The notes beneath the pieces were generated by a model. The model searched no databases. It was not told the origin of the DNA and saw only the letters and a list, made by a program, of their open reading frames with translations. The position numbers and the translations under genes were made by a program. A DNA stretch of 64,000 nt, from contig JAQXEZ010000001.1 of NCBI GenBank assembly GCA_029250605.1, forward strand, positions 2,498 to 66,497, in the 5' to 3' direction. This DNA comes from Candidatus Thalassarchaeaceae archaeon (GTDB lineage Archaea; Thermoplasmatota; Poseidoniia; Poseidoniales; Thalassarchaeaceae). Of the stretch, positions 44,801 to 51,543 are shown piece after piece (position 1 is the stretch's first letter; each line of letters begins with the position of its first letter).

Positions 44801-47800
44801 TCGCATTCGGATCTGACGCAATCTGGAGCCTAGCTGGATGGTTCATCGATAACGCCGGAGTACAGATTTCTAACTACGGCGCTCCTGGTAGTTGGGTCAG
44901 CCCCTCGTTCACTTTGGATAATGCAAAGCAATTCAATCTGGGGTTTGTTGATATCAAGGGCCAGGCACATGACGGGTGGATTCGTGGATCCATCTTGGAT
45001 GCGGGCTCTGGAACCCAAGTTCCCGGCTTCTCAAATTTGTCATTCCCCATCAGCCTCGCCGGTATCGACTCAGACCAATACCCACAGATCAGGGTGAAGA
45101 TACACATGGGTTCCAATGATATCGAGCAGACTCCTAGTTTGTCGAGGATCACAGTCGGCGGTAAGAGGATACTGAACGCCGACTCGGGACAAAATGGGTG
45201 GGATCTTAGTGCAGGTGTTGAAGTTGTGGATGGACTCCTAAATGCCACAGCAGTAACTGGGACGATTACCTCCGACTTCGTTTTCTCCCCACGCCCCATC
45301 AAGAGCGTAACAATCCAAGGAAACATCTCTAGTTCTGTTTCTGTAACAGTTTTCGATAAGTTGGGCAATTCTCTAGGTTCAGCGAATAAGGGCGGGACAA
45401 TACAATTCTCACACCAGCAGGTCGGTTTCGCGGCATCAGTAAATCTGCCTACCAATGGGTGGATAGACGTCCTTGGGATTTCCTCAACATTCTCCAACCC
45501 ACCCTCCAATTCCCGACTAGATGTTCTTAACGATGGAACTGATGATTGGTCCTTCCCTATGTTCGATGGCGACGATTATGCCTATGGGAATCTGGGGTGG
45601 CAGTCCTGGATTGATCTGGGAGACTCGGTATCGAGAAGCGCCCCCTTGTACCTAGATGGTTCGAACCCGGAGAGCCTTACAGTGATGATTCCCGAATCGG
45701 CGACCGTAAACTCTGGGTTCGTCAGCATCGCCCCCGATTCGGATGGTTTCGATGCCCCTGTCACGGTTACAATCGCTGGAGCTTCAGTTTCAGGTGGCAG
45801 TGGTGATTCGCCATTCACTAGCACCCTAAGTCTAGCACAAATGTCTGGCATTGGGCTTCTCAGCGCCAGTCATTTCGATTCATCTACCGGCAGGGATTGG
45901 GTAGAGGTTCCGTTGTCAGTAACATCAACATCCGCTCAGGCCGTTTCAGTCTCATCTTTTGGAGTCGGCTACATGTTCTTCGAGAATGTTTCAGGACTGG
46001 GTTCCTCAATAGGAGACTACCTCGAAGGCATCTCCGACGAAGATTTCGAAGAGGAGACCGACATCCCTCTGAGCATTACTTCTGACTATGGGGCGATCTC
46101 GGTGGATGGCTCCTTAATCTACGACTTCATGTTCGTAAATAGGGAGTTCACCGTTCCTAACACCTTCTACCCCGATGGAAATATCGTGGAGATAGTTACC
46201 AGCCATCACCATCTGACTGATAACTCACAGATAGCCGACATCACCCTCTTTGGGTCTTCTTCTGATGGGAACACAATCGGCTTCAAGGTCGATAATGGTG
46301 CAGACGGTCTCTGGGGGTCTGGATCAGTATCGCCTCTGTTCTCACAATCATACGGGTCATCAATAGCACCCCTTGATGCCGGCGCTAGCTATGTCGCAGA
46401 GACAACTCACACAGATGGTTATGTGGACATAGAAGTTCACTGGAAATTCAACATCGACTGGAACTGGGACGATGTTGACAGTATCACATGGGTGGCTAGA
46501 GCAAACGATGCGGATGGTGACACAATTTGGCCCGCCACATCTCAAAGTGGACGTTCAGGGGAGAACGCCGTCGAGAACGACCTACAGATAGACTCCTTCG
46601 AAATAAGAGATGAGTTTGAAAGATTGATTTCGAATACATATGACACACTGTTTTACCCATTCCCGGTACAAGATGACAGTATGCTAAACATTTCTGGAAC
46701 GGTCCGTTTCCAAGATCAGGAAGCAAAGAGGCCGTCTGCTTCCGACTTCTCGGTAGCACTGGATCTTTCTGGTGCCATTTATGCCTTGCAGACCGATGAC
46801 GAGGGGCAATTCTCCGGCATGGTCCCGACACATAGTGATGCTAGCTCGATGACGCTCTCGCCGCTGATGCTCAGAGTGGGGCCATCAAGCTCCACCAATG
46901 GGGCAGAAGACACCACGGGTACTCTCACCCCGGTTGAAATCGAAGTGGATACGAATCCACCTGTGGCCGGATTAATGCAGGTCCAAACACCTATCGGGCT
47001 CGAGTATGTTGATGGGATGGTCGTACCTCCTACGACCTTCTCCCCCTACATCACAATCAGTGAAGGTGAAGCCAGGGGGGAGACCCTGACTCTGAAGTAC
47101 TGGAGAGAGGGATTAGATGACCTGGATGGGGATGGAGTGGCCGATGAGGACGAGTACCAGTCACAGAGCAGTGATCTGAGCGTTGGCCTAACTGGCGAGC
47201 AGCAAGTGCAATTCTTGGGCATCGATGTCTCTTCACTTGATAACGAAATGATTCACCTATACGTCGAGGGGACAGACTGGGCCGGCCTGACTTACCAAGA
47301 TGGCGGGACTGGAGGTGGACCAGGTGCAGACAACTCCTGGGCTTCAGTAGTAGTGGCAGAGGACGTGATGGTGGAATTCGCAGGAGCAGGACTAGGCACT
47401 GGTTCAGGCGGGGGTTCAACATTCTCCCTGGATAGGGCAACTCAAGACAACATCGACTACTTCCTAATTCCAGGGGAGGAACACACGTTCAAGGTTCGCT
47501 TGGACGAGCCAAACGGCTTCCGTACCATTGACAACATCACGGTATTCCTATGTGGTTATAGCAGCGACTTCGGCGTCTTTTCCTACGAACCCTTCTCCTC
47601 CACATTGTCTACTCCAAGCAGTAGCATGCTGCAGACAATCAGTGCAAGCACCGAGAGCATCACCTCCTCCGTGACCGAGTTGAGTGTCCGCTTCAAGATG
47701 TCATGGGATATGCCATTCGAAGAGCAAGATTTTGATTGCAAGCCCAGAGTCTTGGTTGAGGATGGTCTGGATCAGATAGAGTCCGAAGTGCTAAGCTCAC

Positions 47801-49089
47801 TTTCCTGGCGACTAGATAACAGGATTGTCGCTATCCCGATCTACACTGAGGACCTCACTGCCCCGATAATTCCAGCACTGGGAACTTCACTTTATCTCGG
47901 CCAGGGCGATTCTTTCTCGGTAAGTGGAGCTGTTTATCACGAAGGAACCGGAGTCCCGATAGCAGAGGTCACTCCAGATTTGACTGTAGTACTATCGATG
48001 GTATACGGGAGTGGGAACTACGAGGCCCTATCTGCAGTGGAGCCATCCGGGAACTTCACAGTGGCGATGACCCTGCCAAACTTCCAGCCAGTTGAACCAA
48101 CAACCGTATTGACCACTTCCTTGATAGGGACTCCAGGATCTTCATATTCGGTGTCAAATTCTGATGCCACAGCAACCGTCGATACAAAGCCACCTACCGC
48201 ATTGTTCAATGTTGAGGCATACCCAGACTCATCCCTCACCGTCATAGAGACCGATTCAATGAATTCGGTCATGGTGACGATCACAATCAACGAGGAAATA
48301 GGGATGAACTACGGGTCACTGCAAGTATCTTGGGCATTCCAGAGGAGTGGCCAAATTATCCCTGGAACCGAAGAAACTGGGGAGATTCCTTGGTACTCCA
48401 GCACCGAGGGGACTCACGTTTATCGAGGGGAGATTGACTTCAGGCCATCTCTCGAGTTCAATATAGAAGATGGCGACAAGGTGTCATTCTGGATTACATC
48501 TACAGACAAGGCAGGAAACGAAGTGGCCGGTCTCGGAGGGCCGGACAACCCTCGGACCCCAACGGTCCGAATCGTTGAGTTCGAGGGCCAGTACTCTCGT
48601 TCCCAAATCACTCCTACGAAGAATCCACTAGTGGGAGATAGAATCACCATCGTGACATACTGGGAGAATCCCGGGAAGAGTGAGGGGACCATCACCGTGG
48701 GCCTCTACGAGCAGAGGATAGATGGGACATTCCAACCTTCAATTTCCACTATCATGAATGGCCCGGTCGAGTTGTACCTTGCCCCAGGTAGTTCCAGTGT
48801 GAAGGCCGAATTTGAGTACAGCCCAAGTCAGTCCGGACAACCGCTTCTGGTTCTTGTAGTGGACGATGACTATGGAAATGAGAACTACATGAATGTGGAG
48901 ATTAGCGATATTGAGGTAAGCTCTTTGTCCGAGGGTTCTGGCCCTAACAGTGGAATGTTTTGGATTGCCGGGTCTTTGGTTCTCTTGCTATCACTGATGG
49001 GTGCCGCGTTCTACATCATCAGGGGTTCCGGAGGAGGGGACGTCTATGACGAAGACTGGGACGACGACAACGACGAGGGATACGAGTAG
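41866..49089 (+). CDS. Giant adhesin-like cell-surface protein (about 2407 aa) with a signal peptide, a C-terminal TM anchor and an acidic tail
   Basis: The track ORF begins at 41770 inside tRNA-Thr; the first plausible start is ATG 41866 (MHSISMPSERARLAIVMTLMMILSPISYAG). There are four repeats of about 35 aa of the GSGY/GSGF type. Three beta-sandwich modules follow, two ending in GWFIDN (LTFDHWYHV...GWFIDNINI; LTFDHWSCSEASWDGGAVFIKVNGGSW...GWFIDNAGV). C-terminal TM is MFWIAGSLVLLLSLMGAAFYII, then DVYDEDWDDDNDEGYE. Confidence 0.8.
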   Translation: MHSISMPSERARLAIVMTLMMILSPISYAGVSNWSGPSIINSEGTPTVVDGFTVPTNSTIMDGWVHVTNSPLPSSSDSGITWDEDDFSSGNLVGVELNDEGEMVLKDDGTRSNVSTFDVGEIEVTLNSAYQYSPGWQRVFIKSSSTNLSDCGGSPGDYIDHGLDNDFDQTLDDDEIIETIIYCETFANGDVVTSLSIDDPGSGYAPGNLSATGGGGSGFSGTYAVSSGIESITINDGGSGFDTADQVVIQCQCDGTGAAASIDSVDSSSGEITSITIDSPGSGYQASDTIVVGVSGGTGESLSAEVYSTGVIHSVEVTDGGANYTSSPTIVISDSGGSGGDVTSILGDYYEYEIDIISEPRGDNCTYAGTKFLSGLDLNGNRNLDDSEISDTSFICHGSKLWGATTFQDMNGSIVGNEQTLAHGVVPSSSTQGLVSAGTLPGEPVPAGTSGHLLIPPQNVPTGQYISSYYLTFDHWYHVDSTSSGGGDGTWVEYRLKSNSTWGDWNFIEPQGGYPSTLSTDAPTPNGATSPVPVFASPSHSGWVTSNFSISSLSGIDDSDKIQFRFLIWTHPDAVNERPGWFIDNINIINQGVDLDVWHHGCYTTTATSCTYNAMAYGILQRNLDLTGTNSTSTIEFNMEWDLEGGTSDNACVELSLNGNTWADISSSTSSTASDCAVRSGAIPGSGYTADNGQSYGDQSNDFRLVSLDIPSGFQDQSSVDIRIVVDTSSSFNYGGTSQDEREGLTISHLRVVDYGGSTLFVDEFNSSSTMSHFGRLDSQGNPSPDDWIYRSIPKGESSLMLGFEDSSANTPSVSDAPGWSRSTSGTCSSDKCKFTLNRVSSNSGPPTAASFPYAYGVGFSGLYENGINEARLISPVYDIPMNGTSYLTFDHWSCSEASWDGGAVFIKVNGGSWLHFDPGWYSSTAYTSAGHNLAGNAIFSMDHCTGAASSGSWSSTSQMTNLRANLNSYKGDSVQFKFAFGSDAIWSLAGWFIDNAGVQISNYGAPGSWVSPSFTLDNAKQFNLGFVDIKGQAHDGWIRGSILDAGSGTQVPGFSNLSFPISLAGIDSDQYPQIRVKIHMGSNDIEQTPSLSRITVGGKRILNADSGQNGWDLSAGVEVVDGLLNATAVTGTITSDFVFSPRPIKSVTIQGNISSSVSVTVFDKLGNSLGSANKGGTIQFSHQQVGFAASVNLPTNGWIDVLGISSTFSNPPSNSRLDVLNDGTDDWSFPMFDGDDYAYGNLGWQSWIDLGDSVSRSAPLYLDGSNPESLTVMIPESATVNSGFVSIAPDSDGFDAPVTVTIAGASVSGGSGDSPFTSTLSLAQMSGIGLLSASHFDSSTGRDWVEVPLSVTSTSAQAVSVSSFGVGYMFFENVSGLGSSIGDYLEGISDEDFEEETDIPLSITSDYGAISVDGSLIYDFMFVNREFTVPNTFYPDGNIVEIVTSHHHLTDNSQIADITLFGSSSDGNTIGFKVDNGADGLWGSGSVSPLFSQSYGSSIAPLDAGASYVAETTHTDGYVDIEVHWKFNIDWNWDDVDSITWVARANDADGDTIWPATSQSGRSGENAVENDLQIDSFEIRDEFERLISNTYDTLFYPFPVQDDSMLNISGTVRFQDQEAKRPSASDFSVALDLSGAIYALQTDDEGQFSGMVPTHSDASSMTLSPLMLRVGPSSSTNGAEDTTGTLTPVEIEVDTNPPVAGLMQVQTPIGLEYVDGMVVPPTTFSPYITISEGEARGETLTLKYWREGLDDLDGDGVADEDEYQSQSSDLSVGLTGEQQVQFLGIDVSSLDNEMIHLYVEGTDWAGLTYQDGGTGGGPGADNSWASVVVAEDVMVEFAGAGLGTGSGGGSTFSLDRATQDNIDYFLIPGEEHTFKVRLDEPNGFRTIDNITVFLCGYSSDFGVFSYEPFSSTLSTPSSSMLQTISASTESITSSVTELSVRFKMSWDMPFEEQDFDCKPRVLVEDGLDQIESEVLSSLSWRLDNRIVAIPIYTEDLTAPIIPALGTSLYLGQGDSFSVSGAVYHEGTGVPIAEVTPDLTVVLSMVYGSGNYEALSAVEPSGNFTVAMTLPNFQPVEPTTVLTTSLIGTPGSSYSVSNSDATATVDTKPPTALFNVEAYPDSSLTVIETDSMNSVMVTITINEEIGMNYGSLQVSWAFQRSGQIIPGTEETGEIPWYSSTEGTHVYRGEIDFRPSLEFNIEDGDKVSFWITSTDKAGNEVAGLGGPDNPRTPTVRIVEFEGQYSRSQITPTKNPLVGDRITIVTYWENPGKSEGTITVGLYEQRIDGTFQPSISTIMNGPVELYLAPGSSSVKAEFEYSPSQSGQPLLVLVVDDDYGNENYMNVEISDIEVSSLSEGSGPNSGMFWIAGSLVLLLSLMGAAFYIIRGSGGGDVYDEDWDDDNDEGYE

Positions 49090-49216
49090 CGGGAAAATGG
49101 CCTCTCCTTGTTGCATCTGAAAAACCCCTCCGATACTGAAAAAGACCCTGACTTGTTTATAGGCTAATTTGGAATAAAAGCAAACGAGGGAGAGATCCCT
49201 CGGATGGGATGCGATT

Positions 49217-49378
49217 ATGACAGAGGTAACCAAGTTAGATGATATGAAGCAAGAGTTGGAAGAGCTAAGAGCACTGGTGAACACTCTGCTGACGATAATT
49301 ATGGAAGAGGCGGATGGCGTCCAATCGGGTTCCGCACAACCACAAACCAACTTACCTAGAATTGGATACTCAATGTAG
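49217..49378 (+). CDS. Possible small coiled-coil protein (53 aa)
   Basis: ATG 49217 to TAG 49376-49378 gives MTEVTKLDDMKQELEELRALVNTLLTIIMEEADGVQSGSAQPQTNLPRIGYSM. It is below the 60-aa track cutoff and is the only heptad-like open frame in a 310-nt gap. No homology is recognised. Confidence 0.3.
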   Translation: MTEVTKLDDMKQELEELRALVNTLLTIIMEEADGVQSGSAQPQTNLPRIGYSM

Positions 49379-49399
49379 TTCTAATTACCCATAGTTCAA

Positions 49400-49981
49400 G
49401 TGAAATGCCCATCTCGGTCACACATGGGAATAATTTCATTGACAACTGAGCAATGGCTACTTTCTGCAGCCGCAGTGGCCACTGTTGCTTTCTTGGGCGT
49501 CGCACTATTGCAACCGGGAATATTTGACCCTGAACCCGACTGGGAGGTTTCTGATGGGTGTCTCGGTGGCTTGGAGCACAGCGATGTCGGAATTTCATTC
49601 CACTACCATCCAAATCTGAAGGTAGTCATGGATGGCCAGCAGATTACGATTGACCCCAATACCGGGATCGATCAGATAGGTTGTCGAGAGGGGATGAGAT
49701 GGGTCCACGTCCACGATTCTTCAGAAACCGGATTCACGAAGCTGCATATCGAGACTCCCGACAAGATGAATGTCCCCCTCGGGGCTTTCTTTGAGATATG
49801 GGAAAGGGATGGGGGCCCATCTCTGGATGATGACAGAAACTTCGATATCGACCGAAGCGGCATTTCCGATTGGGAAGAGTATGACATCATCTTGAATGTC
49901 AATGGGGAGCCCAATGACAAATTCGAGGAATACATCATGTTGGATCACGATGACATAGAGCTGATCCTTATCTCAAAGTAG
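49400..49981 (+). CDS. Membrane-anchored or secreted protein with a His-rich putative metal-binding motif
   Basis: GTG 49400 or ATG 49424 (MGIISLTTEQWLLSAAAVATVAFLGVALL). FHYHPNLKVVMDG, WVHVHDSSETGFTKLHIE and LGAFFEIWE resemble a conserved but unnamed prokaryotic family (HxH...HxHD...H.E...FF..W). Confidence 0.6.
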   Translation: MKCPSRSHMGIISLTTEQWLLSAAAVATVAFLGVALLQPGIFDPEPDWEVSDGCLGGLEHSDVGISFHYHPNLKVVMDGQQITIDPNTGIDQIGCREGMRWVHVHDSSETGFTKLHIETPDKMNVPLGAFFEIWERDGGPSLDDDRNFDIDRSGISDWEEYDIILNVNGEPNDKFEEYIMLDHDDIELILISK

Positions 49982-49987
49982 ATTCCA

Positions 49988-51508
49988 CTACCCCTTGATT
50001 ACTATTAGTGGCCTTAGGCGAGCCACTGGTCTGGCAAGGCCCGCTTTCTCTGTGAGCCTGATTACCTCATCCACATCTTTGTATGCGTCAGGCGCCTCCT
50101 CAGACAGGTATTTTTCATGGGTCTCGTATATCGCGACCCCTTTCTCGGCCAACTCTCTTTTGACCGCCGCACCGTCAATCTTCTTCCTGGCCTCGGTTCT
50201 AGACATCGCCCTTCCAGCACCGTGGCAAGATGATCCAAATGCACGGTTTGTCCCACTACTCGGTCCGGCCATTACGTAAGACGCGGTCCCCATGTCCCCC
50301 GGTACCAGAACGGGCTGCCCGATTCCAGAGAAATTTCCAGATAACTCAGGATTATCCCCCCCAAATGCCCTGGTGGCCCCCTTCCTGTGGACGCAGCAGG
50401 TGCAAGAAGACCCGTGGACCACATGTTCCTCTACACGGGCAATGTTGTGGCAGACATCGTATACTACCCCAACATCTACCTCGGTCCCCATGTGGGCCCT
50501 AAGTGCGCTCCTCAGATGGTGAGTCACACTGCTCCTATTCGCAAATGCATAGTTTCCAGCCGCCTTCATCGCATCGAAGTAAGACTCCCCCTCTTTGGAA
50601 AAGAAAGGTGCAGAGGCGAGTTGCGGGTCAGCAATCGAGATCCCCCATTCTTCAGATCTCCATCTCCCATCAGATTTCCTAAATTTCCCTTCTAGTCCTT
50701 TGACATGCTCTGAACACACCTGATAACCAAGTCCCCTTGAACCTGTGTGGATCATTGCAGTAAGCCTCCCTTCCTCCAATCCAAATCTTCTAGCAGCTCT
50801 CTGGTCCAAAATCTGGTCTACTACTTGGATCTCAAGAAAGTGATTCCCCCTGCCTATTGATCCGAGAGCCGATATGCCCCTTCTTTTCGCTACATCCGAG
50901 ATACTCCCGGAGTCACCCTCCAATCTTCCTTTCATCTCCATTTTAGAGAGATCTTCTTCATGCCCTAGGCCAATCTCGGCAGCAGCCTTTGCACCATCGG
51001 ATAGGATTTCGTCAAGTTCGTTTGAACTAAGGCTGTACCCGCTCTTTCCTGACTCCCCAGCCGGAATCCTGGCCTTCAGTCGATTCCCAAATTCCTTACT
51101 TCCACTGCCTGATTTTTTTCTAGTCAGATGCCTTAAGTCTTCAATTCCAAGATCTATCGAGCAAAGCCTGACACCACAATTGATGTCGAATCCTACTCCA
51201 CCGGGCGAGATTACTCCGCCATTTTCTATGTCGGTAGCTACAACTCCACCTATCGGGAAACCAAATCCCTGGTGGAAGTCGGCCATGCCCCAGGCTTCTC
51301 CAACTATGCCTGGCAGAGATGCAGTGTTTGTCAGTTGTTCCAGAGACCTGTCATCGCTCTTCCCAACATGGCTACTATCCGAAACAATCACCGCATCGAC
51401 TAGCATCTCTCCTCGTTTCTTTATCCTCATCAGGGAATCCCCATCGTCCTCAAGAAACCGGGCCCAGTCTTCCATCAATCCCGCTGGCAAATGCTTTCCT
51501 TTCAACAC
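49988..51508 (-). CDS. rtcB: RNA-splicing ligase RtcB
   Basis: GVGFDINCGVR, GRGNHFLE, HTGSRGLGYQV, PGDMGTASYV and SSCHGAGR are RtcB signature blocks. 506 aa. Confidence 0.93.
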   Translation of the reverse strand: MLKGKHLPAGLMEDWARFLEDDGDSLMRIKKRGEMLVDAVIVSDSSHVGKSDDRSLEQLTNTASLPGIVGEAWGMADFHQGFGFPIGGVVATDIENGGVISPGGVGFDINCGVRLCSIDLGIEDLRHLTRKKSGSGSKEFGNRLKARIPAGESGKSGYSLSSNELDEILSDGAKAAAEIGLGHEEDLSKMEMKGRLEGDSGSISDVAKRRGISALGSIGRGNHFLEIQVVDQILDQRAARRFGLEEGRLTAMIHTGSRGLGYQVCSEHVKGLEGKFRKSDGRWRSEEWGISIADPQLASAPFFSKEGESYFDAMKAAGNYAFANRSSVTHHLRSALRAHMGTEVDVGVVYDVCHNIARVEEHVVHGSSCTCCVHRKGATRAFGGDNPELSGNFSGIGQPVLVPGDMGTASYVMAGPSSGTNRAFGSSCHGAGRAMSRTEARKKIDGAAVKRELAEKGVAIYETHEKYLSEEAPDAYKDVDEVIRLTEKAGLARPVARLRPLIVIKG

Positions 51509-51543
51509 ACCGGGGCCATTTCGCGCATTGACTTCAAGACCCG

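Noticed and set aside
44874-45509. 211-aa minus-strand ORF inside the giant adhesin gene, along with the many other 60-170-aa antisense or off-frame ORFs inside gcvPB, the M60 gene, the FG-GAP giant, the S8 protease gene and elsewhere
   Set aside because: All are nested in long, motif-supported genes. In GC-rich coding DNA the antisense frames are commonly open.
48991-49350. 119-aa minus-strand ORF overlapping the end of the giant gene and the following gap
   Set aside because: Half of it is antisense to the giant gene's TM/acidic tail. It has no motif and no plausible upstream signal, and the plus-strand 53-codon frame looks more protein-like.
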